Source: Phoronis australis (taxonomy: Eukaryota > Animalia > Phoronida). From it: a stretch of DNA of 64,000 nucleotides. The stretch's first letter is position 1, and every line of letters starts with the position of its first letter. Of this stretch, positions 1-12,752 are shown in pieces. The notes below the pieces were generated by a model, which was not told where the DNA came from, ran no database searches, and saw only the letters and a list, made by a program, of their open reading frames with translations. The position numbers and the translations under genes are program-made. Where the stretch lies: contig NMRA01000011.1 in assembly GCA_002633005.1 (NCBI GenBank), positions 1,861,238 through 1,925,237 on the forward strand, given 5' to 3'.

Positions 1-834
1 ATCGAGTCGACCTAGTCAGAGACTATAGTGCATGTATTGTCTGTAATCTATGACCTACTTTACTCCAGGAGTCCTACCAGTTGTGACTTACTTTTCATTT
101 GGCGAAATTTAGCAGACGACAGAATAAAAATATCGGTGAATCTTCACTGATTTTATTCGAAAGATCATGAAATCTATTGAATCGTACAGATAATTCGACT
201 TTAAGGTACATACCCAGCTTTACATGAACATATGGTATCAGTGGCCTTGTCATTTGTCAGGTGAAGGTGAACCCCGAGGCCGAGGGGTTCGTCGGATTTT
301 CGCTGGCTCCTCGAGCACTTATTTTTTCATCGTCACCTTTAAATATTCCCATATCATGAACGTACGATTCTATGTTGAAAAGCATCGCCTCTTGTCTCTG
401 TCGAAGCGTTTTCAACTAGTGCAAAAGCACTCATCGATTCCACCAGGAACGTCGTTTAGCGACAGTGTATTTGCCTCTGACATCTTGTTCGTTTGTCGGG
501 TATCACGTGACTTTTCAAATAGGGGCGGAGCTTGCGATAAGTCAATTACCGTTTCATGACTTAGGGGGAGAACTTTGGCCAAACAAGCATATAACTGTTT
601 GCTGTTCGTTTACCAGTGTTAACTTCGGTCTTGACATAATCCAATATTTACTATTACCGCTTGACTTCAACCTTCGAATTAGTGGTGCTACAAAACCGAT
701 GTGAACTCATGTAACGGAGACAGTGAAACTAGGTTAATTTATTTGACTCAGTGCGAAGACGAATATGCATCGACACGCGTGGTATCAGCCTGACAACCTA
801 TTACGCAACTGCTACTCTAGCCTATAAATAGCAG

Positions 835-983
835 CCGTCCAGCAGGTCGGCTGATGGCCGGTCGGCTGAAGGGTCGACTGCCGGTCGGCTAATTTTTAGC
901 CGACCGGTCGGCTAATTTGCCGACCGTCGACGGCCCGTCGTCGACCAATTTCCGACCGGTAGGACAAAAATTCGTGATGTGTG
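835..983. repeat. Cluster of palindromic CCGACCGGTCGG-type motifs, probably subterminal repeats of a DNA transposon end
   Basis: Many GGTCGG/CCGACC motifs in both orientations; perfect hairpin ccggtcggctaa-ttt-ttagccgaccgg at 881-907. Transposon origin is inference. Confidence 0.55.
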
Positions 984-1345
984 CTGTACTTAAACTTCTT
1001 CGATCTACGGTTTGGGAAATTAAACCAACTAATCTATTTCCTAAGTCACTAAACAACTTATTGCCATTTGAATTGTGAGAAAATTTTAGGACAATTTGTA
1101 TAGCTGTCCGACATTCATTAATATCTTTGAGACATTGTTCAGATTGACAAATCAAATCGTTTAGTGTACTTTTATATTTGGAGATCTGACAAAAGATGGA
1201 ATTTTCGCAATATCTGCTTGCAACTAAGCCTCGTTAGTTCCCTGCGTGCTGCTAGGTGGTACCGCGCTGTATCATTGGTTGATGTAACCTCGGCAGCCAT
1301 TAGTTAGCTTTACAACAAAGTGAGAAAATAGCGGACTATCAACGA

Positions 1346-1730
1346 TTTTTATGCGCCCACATATTAATTAATATGTTGACGCGTTATGCTGTCATCTCCG
1401 TCCGTCCGGCGTCTGTCCGGTGTCCGGCACACGCTGCTCCTCCAAATCCCTTTGACATATGTACATGAAATTGTGCACATGTGTTCACTTCATGGATGGG
1501 AGGGTACTGAGCGAACTATCAGACAGGTTTGAATACCGGTGTGCCCCCTAGTGGCAATTTTATTTTTTACGCTGACCTCTGTATCTTCAAACTTTGAAAA
1601 TACATTGAGTACGATAAAGGTACTCAACGTATTTTCATAAAATTTGGCATATAGGCATCTATTAGTGAGATGATGCTATCCTACGGTTGTCGGATGGATT
1701 CGACGTAGTTTGCCCCACCTACATAACGCT
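1346..1730 (+). mobile_element. Helentron-associated non-autonomous element (HINE/DINE-1-like)
   Basis: Starts with TTTTTAT, short palindrome catattaattaatatg (1360-1375), (GTCC)-type microsatellite at ~1398-1428, then repeated 'atgaaattgtgcacat / taaaatttggcatat' motifs typical of this class. 3' end approximate. Confidence 0.55.
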
Positions 1731-2358
1731 AAAACCTCGTGGGAGACCGTCCTGAGTTGGCAGCTGGAGCAACTCGAGACGGTCTGGGATCAAGAGAAAA
1801 ACCACAGGGTAGATCTGTGGTCGACAGATCTATTCGGTCGATTACATTTTATTGCCCGTGAAGCCGATGGTTTGGTGATAAGGGCTGCCTGAAGAAATAT
1901 GACTCGCGCGTTTGTATTTTCGCTTTTTTCAACGACATTTAAAAGATTCATTAACAAATTCCTCCGAGTAGTAAAATTCTGAAAACAGGCGTTTTGCTCT
2001 CACGAAAATCGATGAAGTTTTGGCCGAGATATTTCACTTTCAGTCCAGGCTAGCCCTGCACACTGTAGAATCGTCACAAATGATTACTACGCGGTAATGC
2101 GGTTTCACTGTCAGCAAAGGAAGACGTCAAAATCGACTTATAATTGTCATTTTTAAACTGTTTGCATGTTAAATTATCGAAATATAAGTAAAATCGTACG
2201 CTATATTTTAGCACCAAAACAGCAATTTCATTTTGGTGAACATGTCTAATAAGGACCCAACTCGCGCATGGTGGTGAGTAGTGAGTCCGGCCAACACGTG
2301 AGGATGGCTGTGTTGTCGTTTTTGCTCTCAACTCAAAAGTAGCCTTTTCAAAATGTAA

Positions 2359-2560
2359 GATGGACAGAAAATGCAGGCAGTTGACGAAAACGGCCATTGG
2401 GCGGAAGCAACTGTGCGGGGAGTAAATGACAGCGCCGGGAATTCACGTCGGTTTTCCTGGATGGCATTTTGAGTTTGACCAGCTCGTCGAGCCGTGATTC
2501 GTGAGAGACTGAGCCGATTGACTATGCCGGGCTCGGGACCTGGACCTGGTGAAGAAAAAC
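2359..2560 (+). pseudogene. Frameshifted exon resembling a Tudor/chromo-barrel (MBT/Agenet-like) domain
   Basis: Joined frames read MQAVDENGHWAEATVRGVNDSAG/IHVGFPGWHFEFDQLVEP, similar to the barrel pattern A-D-G-W..A.V...VHF.GW...FD; ends at donor GTAAGT (2561). Confidence 0.4.
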
Positions 2561-4847
2561 GTAAGTATTTTTTATCATAACTTAAGCTCGCATGATGCTG
2601 TTGGCTGTAAACTATATGGTGTTTATGTGGGATTGTGTATTCATGAAATTACAGACTATGCCTACTTGTACCACATCTAAAGTCAGTGAAACATTGTTTC
2701 TTTGTGAAAAAAAACGTCTCGACGAATCTACCGTGGTGCCTTCAATGTTGTTTTTGTTCTTTGTAAAGTATGTTTACTGTAACAAGTCCGATGTTGTCGG
2801 ATTGAATTGGTATTCTGGGATTTTCAATGCCAGTGGCTTATCCAGAATTTTCCGAATGGTGTTCGCAAATGAAATAATGTCAAGCCATTGTTTTGAATTA
2901 CCGTTTAAGTTTTTATTAATAAGAGGTGGAGAGAGCATTCAGCAGCCATGTCTTTGTTACCTTGTTCTCATTTTTTTACATTTGTTTATGTTTCATTTCC
3001 TTGTTTTCTATAGATCCCCCCAACCCCCTTGCGCTCTCTGTTGACTGAACTTGATGACATAATTGATAAGCCATTGTAATCTGCATACCAGTACTAGCCT
3101 AACCCTTAGTCCTACACACCTGGCCCTATTGTTCACTCCTGACTTTTGTTTACAAAATAATCCATTCCAGTCTACACCCTGATTGCTTAGTTTAATATTT
3201 AGCACAGCTAGATTCCAGTGAGTAAACTGTATTTCACTACTACTATCATGCAGCTCTTGCTTGACAGTGCACATGTACTTTTATCTCCTCTTTTTCGAAC
3301 CACTCATTAAAACGTTTTATGGGGTTCGGTTTCTTTTCATGAATGTTTTCATTGTTGCTTTCTAATTCGTTCAACTGCTTCCCAAAACTTCCATTTCTTC
3401 ATAATTTTAAAACTCCTGAGTCCTGAGCATTGAGCAACACTCAACAATCCCTCTCAAACTGTTGCCCTTCTGACTACATGAGTGTAAGTTGTGGTACACT
3501 ACTGCACGTGCACAAGGTCACCAGCACCAGAAGTTTTAAAATCACACCACCAAAACAGTGATCGTTTACATTTCAGAGAGCTCGCCTTGACAATTTCAAG
3601 AAGGTATACTGCTTGACAGTTGCATTTATGTACACGTTGAAGCCTGGAGAATACAGACTTGATCAGGGCTTGGAATTTTCGTGTTTTAAGAGAAATTCTT
3701 TTTTGGTGTCGATTCCCTCGTATTTGATTTCCAGTTTCCTCATTTTATCATTCGACTTTATTAAAAGTTTAGTTCAGGTAAATCTTACATCCAAAAATAT
3801 CTATCACACAAGCCTACTTTTGTGTATCATACATCAGATGGAAATTTCTCCTCTGTTTTTGTTATTGCTCATTCCAAGCTCTGCTTATTTTTCGTGAAGT
3901 AACTAGAATGGATTTCATAACAAACCAGTTTATTGTGCTGAGATTTTTGTTGGTTTTATCAACTGCAAACTATCACTAATAAAATCTCCACGAAAGTCAT
4001 TATGTATAGCAGCATAGGATAATAGGCACCCGTCTTAAGTTCGCACAAAAGTAGAGTACAAAATTCCAAATGTAATTTCGAGTTCCATTTCCTCTAAAAA
4101 GATCAATGACAGGGCCCAGGTATCAATTCCAGTATTTTTGGCTCTTATTCATGTTTGAAAGTGTTGTACTGTGTTTGGAAATTTGTTTGAAAAGCTGTTT
4201 TTTTCTGCTCAACAGCTTATGACCTTACTGGATTTAAGGGCCCCTCCAGAGCATTTATTAGTGTGCCCTCCACTCATTTCGAATGTTCTGTGTATATCAA
4301 ATTCTCTGAGATGCCAGGGTAGTATTCTGCATGCAGCTTTGTTGACCATTGTGGTCAGTGAGAATGTCCTACTCGCATGTATATGAATGCATAGTATGAT
4401 ATGTGCCTGGTATTCAGTGAATGACCTGGATGCTTCATGCAGCTAGGACATTCACAACTAGGGAGAATATTTTACTTTTTCTCCAGATGTGCACCTCATT
4501 CATGTACCAAATCAGTATTGCCTGTGTGGTTTTGGAAATGTGTAAGCTGCTTGTGTTGTTTCTGCATTGTTGACCTTGAAATGCTAGTTTTGCTCCTAAA
4601 AAACTTGGAGTGTATTTATTGCGACATGTGTCCGTTATTGTTGTTACTAGTTTTTTACTTAACCAGTGTATTTATTTTGAATATTCTTCAAGCCTTGGAT
4701 GACTGATCTCTTCAGTTTAGGATACTTATTGTTTGCATCCCATGAAGTGAATTACATACTGTCTTATTTAGTATTTTTATTCAGTGACTCCTGGTGTGGT
4801 TTTGAAAATGATTGTTTTTTAGTAAAGAAAACAACAACGGTTTTAAG

Positions 4848-4893
4848 ACTTAACATGTTTCGGTGTCATTTATTCAGCACCATCTTCAGAAGT
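4848..4893 (-). ncRNA. Minimal type I hammerhead ribozyme (Penelope pLTR)
   Basis: Minus strand: actt-CTGAAGA-t-GGTG...CACC-GAAACATGTT-aagt; catalytic core, stem I actt/aagt, palindromic ACATGT stem III. Confidence 0.75.
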
Positions 4894-5159
4894 GAGAATA
4901 CAGTGGCCACCTATCTAGGCCCAGCAACAAGTAAAGAAGCACAGATACAGTCAGTTACAGGGAGTGACAATGAACTAGACCAACAATGACAACCTGTGGT
5001 GTGTCAGTTGCCTATTGAGATTGGGCATGCACCAACTGTTGTGTAAACCCTCACGAATTTGTTGTTCCTGCCCGGTCTATTACTGCATAGTCATTGAAAA
5101 AGCACTGCTGATAACAATGATTGGAGCTCTTTAGGTGAAAATTTATATGTGAATTTCTG

Positions 5160-5630
5160 TCAGAATGTTAGATGTTCCTTGGTCCTGGTTTTCAAATGGC
5201 AAACAGTTTCGCCTATGTAACTGGAGCCACATCCAGCACAGATAAATTTGTATACTAACTTGGACCGTAGACCCATAGAAATTTTGTCCTTAGGGTTAAA
5301 TAAATTCGACAGTTTTAGAGACTTGAATGCTGATACAACTCTTAAGCTTACACAGTAATCATTCACCAATTTGTTGAGTTTTGGTTGAGCAATCTTGGCG
5401 TAAAACCCAACATACACTACTTTAAAGTACTTGTAGTTAGTTTTGTCTACAGGATGAACATCATCAAGGTTACGTTGGAGTCTTGCTTTCAGTACCCTAT
5501 TGACTAATTCTAGGGGATAGCCATTATTTTGCAAATTCGTTGTATGTTCTTTAATATAAGAATCAAATCTAGCCCAAGTGCTCTTAATGCGACATACCCT
5601 GTCTAATAGAGTTTTAATGAGACCAACCTC
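5160..5630 (-). pseudogene. Penelope RT C-terminus and GIY-YIG endonuclease fragment
   Basis: GLIKTLLDRVCRI..LQNNGYP..KDKI..LRSKLVYKFICAGCGSSYIGET.CHLKTRTKEH is the Penelope thumb plus VY..C..C..YIGET..R..EH signature. Confidence 0.9.
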
Positions 5631-5676
5631 ATTTCTGAAGATGGTGTTGAATAAATGACACCGAAACATGTCCAGT
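5631..5676 (+). ncRNA. Minimal type I hammerhead ribozyme (inverted pLTR copy)
   Basis: CTGAAGA-t-GGTGT-tgaataaatg-ACACC-GAAACATGTC; GUC cleavage triplet; stem I degenerate. Confidence 0.7.
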
Positions 5677-6460
5677 CTTAAAACCGTTGTTGTTTTCTTT
5701 AATATATGCTGCTACTTGCTATCATTCAGATTGTTTTTAGGCTGAAATGCATAGTTTTTACAAAATTCTGCAATGACCCTGTCATTTCCACATGGTTGAT
5801 CTTGAAAAGCAAATTCTTCTATACATATTATTGTCATCTTGTGAGGTGTGCAATTTATTGCGGTTTTCAGTGACTGGTTCCACCAGGGATAGCAGTATTG
5901 TGCACCTACCAGTACTTGGTCAAGCTCATGTTACATATATTTTTATATTGATAAATTTTCCTCATGAAGGTAGTGATCTCAGCAGTTATATCACTTATGG
6001 TGTTTTGCTACAACCTTGTACTGCTATGACACAAATTTTGAAGGTTCCTATGTTGTAGTTAAGTCCCACTTTAAATATTTTGCTCACCATGTGAGTTATT
6101 GCTTACATTGAGGGCTTCATACTCATGGATGATCTCATCAGGGGTTGCATGTAACACTATTTGGGTGTGTATATTTGTTACATGTTCATTGTATAAAGTG
6201 TATTGTTTATATTGCAGAGTTCATAATTGTAAGTTTCAAAGATCTCGGTAGGTTATCTCAACAGTAGCCTACTTAGTGCATGTTTTGCTCAACCTATGAA
6301 GTGTAATATTTATACCGAAGCGTTTATTATTTCTAGTGCCTGTATCCCTTATTGCTTTTCCCATAGTATGAACAACTAGTCATTTTAACGTTTGAAATTC
6401 TCATGTACAATATATATTACACTATTTGGAAATCTTACTGTTATTTTCATTGCAAAAGCG

Positions 6461-7524
6461 CTAATCTGAAGAGTACTTTGTCCTACTTGTTATGTGAGTC
6501 ATTATCGTCTCACGTACAGAGGAAGAACTGTCCCACTTGCCCGAGTGTCCCGCGACACACTCCCACTGGAGGGTGATCTGAGCACCCAAACTGCTTACAT
6601 CCCGCCGTGTGACTTCCTCGTCACGCACCTGGCACCTTCTACTAGCTCCAATACAAGTCCACAATAAACTTATCAAACTTAGGCTCACCGATATGTTCAT
6701 TGGATGACGAACTGTCCTCTTCACTGGGTGTCGAACTGGGCCTGTATTCACTCCCACTACTCAACATCGCTGCAAGGCTGCTTACAGGCTCTGCCGGGGC
6801 TAGAGACAACAACACAGGGCGAATCACTGCTAGTTCCCGGAATTGCACCCAATGGGGGTACGTTCGGAGGCACGGGTGACAGTAGATGAAGTGCCTTCAG
6901 TCACTGTATGTAGTGGCCACAGCTCGCGAGGCTTCTCGCTTCAAAAACGCACTTCTCGGGGTTGGCGACGGGGCACTGCCGGGAATCAACAGCGACGGTA
7001 CGGTACCCTTCTTCAGGCGTTGTATCGCAGGGACCTTCATCAATTCAGCGTACATATCTGTGTCATAATCTGAGTGCAGAAAAAGCTTGCCACACACTCG
7101 GTAACCCTCCACTGCTTTGTACTTTGCGTGGACGGGTAGCGCTGCCTTCCTCACATGAACGAGCTAGTCAAGTACAGCGAAGTGTGTCATCCTTCGGAAA
7201 GCGACGCAAGGTACCCAAAGCGCGTGTGAGACGATAATGAATACATCCCGGCACGTAGCAACAGCGTGGCATGTTGACTGACTTGTAAACAAAAGCAAAC
7301 GACGACCGAACTTATCACAACCGAGGTAGAACAAGGACTGACTCGACAGCTCTCACAGTCAGACTATAGTGAAAAGAAATTGGCGCGAAACTCTTGCCTC
7401 CCAAAACGTCACTTCCGGAGTAGAGGACGAAAAATCAAATTACGAAAAGCTGTAATTAAGTGAAAAATGTATCTGGGATAATCAACGAACCTTATTATGG
7501 CATGAAAAAAGGTTGCCTTCGCCT
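6461..7524 (-). mobile_element. Kolobok DNA transposon fragment (family 1): one terminus plus THAP/N-terminal transposase remnant
   Basis: Terminus TTAA|AGGCGAAGGCAACC on minus (TTAA 7525-7528). From 7272: MPRCCYVPGC..RFPKD..YRVCGKLF..RLKKGTVPSL (THAP), then KFIV..RRCQV..GAQITLQWECVAGHSGKWDSS. Stops and frameshifts present. Confidence 0.8.
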
Positions 7525-7852
7525 TTAAAATAATAGTTTCTAATTGCCAAAAATCACCTACCGGGTATTAACCTGTCGTTTTTCGTAGCATAAGCATGTA
7601 AATAAGAAACCAATGAGTTTGTTTATCAAAACGGAATGTTTAAATAGTTTTCACAGGCATGATCGCAAATTTTTGATGGGTAACCCGGGGAACATGGGAG
7701 ATGGGGCATTTATATTAAAGTGCATTTTTCCTCAGTTTCGAAGTACCTATAACGGTTGACGAGTTTAACTTGAAATCCAAAGAAGCTGCTGAAATATTTG
7801 TTTATTATTGCGAATATTTTGAGTCTCCCGTCCCCGTTCGACATGTACACCG

Positions 7853-8356
7853 TCGTAAATGAAATCAACTTACTCGTAAACCTTGGAGTAGGATTTCGAA
7901 CGTTTCGAAATGTGCTCTACAGTTCTTTTTCAGCGGCTGGTAGGGAGGCGTCCAGATTTCCGGTCCTTATGTTACCCGGAAGTAATATAGCGTCATACAT
8001 GTACATCGTTGGGAGTTGTAGACCTTGGTCCCGGTTCATGGTAGGCTTTTTGGTTTTTATATATATTGACTCTTTGATCTTCTTAGAAAACCAGTTTTCT
8101 TCTTTGGCCAGTATTTTGGCATGTTTGCCACATATAATGTGGCCGGATATGCAGAGATGAACCACGAGCCTACCATGAACCGGGACCAATGTCTAAAACT
8201 CCCACCGATATACGACGCTATATTACTTCCGAGTAACATAAGGACCGGAAATCAGGACGCTCCCTTACTAGCCGTTGAAAAAGAACTGTAGAGCACAGTT
8301 TGAAACGTTCGAACTCCAACTCCAAGGTCTACGAGTAAATTGATTTCACTTACAAC
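7853..8356 (-). mobile_element. Penelope-like element (family B) 3' fragment with inverted pseudo-LTR
   Basis: Minus KILAKEENWFSKKIKESIYIKTKKPTMNRDQGLQL is a GIY-YIG C-terminus; 7853-8046 and 8171-8356 are a ~190-bp inverted repeat. Confidence 0.85.
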
Positions 8357-10029
8357 ATACTTTCAGCGAGACCATGAAAAAACCTCTTTTCAATCATGTA
8401 CACCGTCATCACAAATCGTAGCGCCCAGTCTTTTCGTCATTTGTGAATTCATTACAAACAGTTCCTAGAAACGACCTTCAAAAGAAATAATGTCCCCGTG
8501 ATTCTATTGAGAAAATATAACACTATTTATAACTAACCATCAGAAGTAGCCTTTTTTGTGTAATTCAAAAATAGCGATCTTCACGTTCTTCAAACTTTGA
8601 TTCCAACTTTTTAATGGTGGTCAAGACTATTGTATTTTTCACATTTTTGGTTGTTTGGGTCGCATGTTTTGATATTGCTGTGCTGTGTACGCTTGCTTTG
8701 GGTTTTTGATGAATTTGGAATCTCAACTTCCCCTCGTGAATACTTGGCAGTGTCTGGTTTGCATGTTTAGAGGTATCCCACACCGCCCCACTGAGAGGGG
8801 GTCCCGTCTGAAATGGGACACCTAAGATGAAAGGCTACACATCCATAAGCTTGGAAAACAGTGACAGTTCATTCCATTGTCGGGCGACAAGTGACTTTCC
8901 TCAGCAAGAAAGCCGGTTGTACGATTCCACAAAAAAACAAGAAAATAGAGATAATCGATTCCACAATTGGACCCTGTCTTCGTGAGCTGCCCCTTAAGAA
9001 CTTGCTAATCAAAACACGAAAAAGATGGCCACTTGAATGTCCCTCAAAGGGTAAACCATGCACTGATACTGAGTTGTCAAATGTTCTCTTGAATTTTCTC
9101 TCTTATCTGTATTCGTAGTCTTTCTTTTCTCGACTGCCCCCGGCCCCAAGCCTATGTCGGTTGCCATGGTTTAACCCTGACGCCTGCAATTTTTTTGGGG
9201 GGCACGTCCCTCTGCCCCCTCGCTTACTACGGATCTGAATTCGAGTGTGATAAGTTTGGCTTAATTCTACACTTTCACTTAAACAGGGTTGGTTTACCGA
9301 CTAACAAGCTATCAGACGATTTGATTCTTTGTTGTCAGAGGAAAGTAAAAAGAGAAAACGTATAACCGATGAGACTGTTTGCGGTTTTCTGAACGTGTCA
9401 AGGGAATTTTAATTTTTTGGCCGTAACACATTGAACAAAAAGTGTAATTTCAACTCAGTTTAAGGGCTGAGTATGGGCTAAAGTTGTTCCCACGCATGGT
9501 GAATACAATTCCTTACTCGAGTGCAGCAAGACGGATCGTTGCAAGCTGAATTGTGTGTCTCACACGAAATTAGGCCTAACTGGCATCATTGTTATCCGTT
9601 AACAACGCGGAAAGTGCTTTCCTGTGATTTGTAAACTGCGTTCGTAGCAAACGCCGTAAACGTAGAACGCACAAATACAATGAGCAAAACCGAGAAAGTT
9701 ATTGTTGACAAGTGACATGACAATTACTTGTTGTTGGCTACTGGAGGTCATCACCTGCGCAATTAGCTCACTTCACCCGCAAAAATGTGAGGATTTACGC
9801 TCCCTAGGCACAAGAACAGTCACCGAGACATTTGCTTTGCCACCTCACGATGCAAATCATCGCGGTTAAATGTGCCACAAAAGTGTGTTATGTGATGAGC
9901 TCTTGAGTATTCGAGGCGCGTAGCTTTCTGGCTACGACGGCCTGCTGCCGCAACTAACCACTATATATGAAAACATTAAAACGAGGCCCGGATGTTGGCT
10001 TCGAGGCCCTCGGTAAAAAGCAACTCAAA

Positions 10030-10255
10030 ATCGATTGCATTGCATGTGCGGACCCAGGGGGCTCGGGGGCTTCCACATTTGGCAAAGTAGACAAAAAGGT
10101 CGGCCTCAGAAAAATAAAAAGTCCGAGAAAATGAGAAAAGAGAACACTTAAAAAGCCAGGAATTGGGTGAATGCACAATACAGCTTTGAACGAACACCGT
10201 TTTCCTGTTTTTGTTTTAGTAAAAGGTCCACATTCTCAAAAATTCGAGCCCCTAT
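10030..10255. repeat. Dispersed MITE-like repeat with a related inverted copy at ~56280-56490
   Basis: Shared 'gggggctc..catttggc.aagt..caaaa.ggt..gcctcaga.aaa..tccacattctcaaaa' blocks in opposite orientation. Confidence 0.55.
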
Positions 10256-11127
10256 ATTTTAGTCTGGGTGTCTACATTCACTGACACTCGCCCTCACCCG
10301 ACATCTTCTTCGCATTCATTCTCGCGACGGAAAAACGTCGTGCTCTACTGCCGCCAAATCCATGGTGAGTTTTTTTGTGTGACCAAGTAGTGACTTCAGT
10401 TCGTCATTCGTGAGCTGATAAATGCGTTTCTTTCTCGAAGCTATATACCATCCCGGCCCACTCGCGATCGAGTACGCCCGGAAGGCGATTGAGGACGAAT
10501 TTTGGCGAGAGAAGCGAAACCAGGCAAGGTGAGTAAATTTGATGAATTTTGGTTGTTTTTACTTCCAATGTGAAAACTGAGACATGAGTTCAAGCCGTAA
10601 TACATTGAAGAAGGGCAGATAGAGGTTTAGGCTTGTGTCTTTTCCGATCATTGGAGAAAAGTTATGTTGACCGAGGCATCGCATGAGCCAAAGGTGATTT
10701 ATATGTCATTTTGGCAAATTGCAGTTATTTTTGGCACTAACTCAATAAATTGACCACGCCTGTTTTTTGTGGTTTTGTCAGGATCTCTGGTTTTTAACAA
10801 CTTTTCTGTTCAAAGATGCCATCGTGATCACAAAGATAAGGGATCGGGAACGCAAATTTGCGTTTTGTTTATGCGATCGGGAACGCATCGTGGTATATCG
10901 AACAATAATGATTTTTTTAATTATAAAACGTGAAAAAAGGTTACAAACTTAGTGTTGTGCAATGAATTAATCACATTTTGCTTCATTACTGTGTTACTTT
11001 CGTATCAAAACTAAACAATAGCATAGCGTATTACCAATAAATCGCTATGAGCACTATATGTACACCAAGCATACATGTACTATTTTAGTTATAGATATTT
11101 TCACAAATGAATTTATTTTCATTTCAG

Positions 11128-11240
11128 GAATAATTTCACTGTTATTGTGAGGCGAGCTTCAATGAACGTGTTACCCACGACGTGAAGGTACACCATACCA
11201 GGGTTTTGAAATTCAGACATCTGCTTTTAGACGAGACCTC
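11128..11240 (+). pseudogene. Degenerate C2H2 zinc-finger exon
   Basis: After acceptor tttcag (11127): FHCYCEASFNERVTHDVKVHH; spacing imperfect. Confidence 0.35.
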
Positions 11241-12339
11241 TGGGAACAAGGGGTTCTAAATTGAAGACTCACCCAGGAGTTGTTCCATATGGCGTGTCAG
11301 CCAGGGGTAAATAAATTGTTGGAGCCGATTAATCTTCTTGCAAAATTGTGACAGCAAAATGAAAAAATAAATAGCTAGTGAAGTCAAAGAATGATGATGT
11401 GCTTGCCCATGAGGAGAGAGAAAGAGAGGGGTGCGGCAACACCATTCACGAGCTGATTAAAAGATTCCCACTCATGAGCGTCTGACATCTAAAAATTGGC
11501 CAGAAGTTGTGTAAGCTGATGGGCTGATAAAACGGGTGGGATTTTACTTGATGTTTTACTGATAACATCGATACAGAGATGAACTGATTGACTTGTGGCA
11601 CCCGTGTGGCTTGAATGTACGTTGTATTTGACTCTTCTGTTTAGTGTAGTCTTAGTTCACCGTGTATCTTCAGTTCATGAGCTCCAGTTTAATGTGTTAT
11701 TGAAAAATATTGAGACAGCTTTAATACACGTACTTTATTGTGGTTTTCTCAAAACGTAGTCAACATGTTGTCTTAAGCGTCACTTCAACTACACACTGTA
11801 GTGATTTACACAAGAAATCAACAACAATATTATAGCATTTCTATGATCACCCATACCTCAGAACTGGCCATACAAAAATAGACAAAGCATTGCTTTAGGG
11901 AAATCAACATTACAAATCCATTGAACATTTCCTACCAATTACTTTTGAAATGCATTAGACTAAATCATCACTGAATCATAGACAATTTATTTCGGACTGA
12001 TTGATAGTATAATGGTCTCTCACAGGAAGTCAACAACAAGTTCTACAATAATCATTGACATATATTTTCTTTTAAACACTAATTGGTCATAACAAATGTA
12101 TGTAAGTATTGCCCAATGACACTAAGTATGGTCATTTACCTAAACACTGCCAAAATGCACTGGAGCTGTTAAAGATCGTGTTGAAATAACACAAATGTAG
12201 AAAGAAAGTTCAGGAAAAAGTTTCAAAACAAAACGTCAAAATACTATGATATCAGACAACTACCTACCATAAACTCTGTAAATCTGAATAAACTATAGTG
12301 ACTTAACAACCTTCACCATTGGACTTAATGATTTCATTC

Positions 12340-12752
12340 ATGACTTTTCTTCTTCTTATGCCTGTACTGTTTGCATGACAAGCCACCGATTCACCACAAA
12401 AAGGGGTGTCCACGTGCTGTGACGCAATGTGTCACGTCAGGCTCACTCTTTCAGTGAAACATTGATCACAGATAGGACACACAATCGACTTGGTTCCTGA
12501 GCACGATACTTCATACTGTGGTTTCCTGTATCAGTAAAAAGTTGACTCATGCAACGTGTCAATCAAATATCTGGCAAAGGTCTTGCTTGCTGTAGTGTCA
12601 CTGTGTTTTATTGCCATGTGGTCATAATAAGTCGATTTCTTAGATCCTGAACTAAGCTCCGCAACATACACACACTCCTTTGTGACACGCAGCAGTTGTA
12701 CTACTCTTTTTGAAGGCGTGGATGTGAACACCCTGAAGGACTCGTCTTGTGG
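12340..12752 (-). pseudogene. Decayed exon with a C2H2 zinc finger
   Basis: Minus IVCPICDQCFTERVSLT*HIASQH at ~12414-12480 fits C-x2-C-x3-F-x5-L-x2-H-x4-H with a TGA at a likely Arg codon; acceptor-like tttctgtag upstream. Confidence 0.6.

Larger units (their letters stand above)
4822..5700 (-). mobile_element. Penelope-like retroelement (family A), 5'-truncated, with an inverted pseudo-LTR segment at its 5' end
   Basis: Minus-strand RT-thumb plus GIY-YIG remnant; 3' terminal segment 4822-5050 recurs at 53103 and 63809; 5631-5700 is an inverted copy of 4822-4893. Confidence 0.9.
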
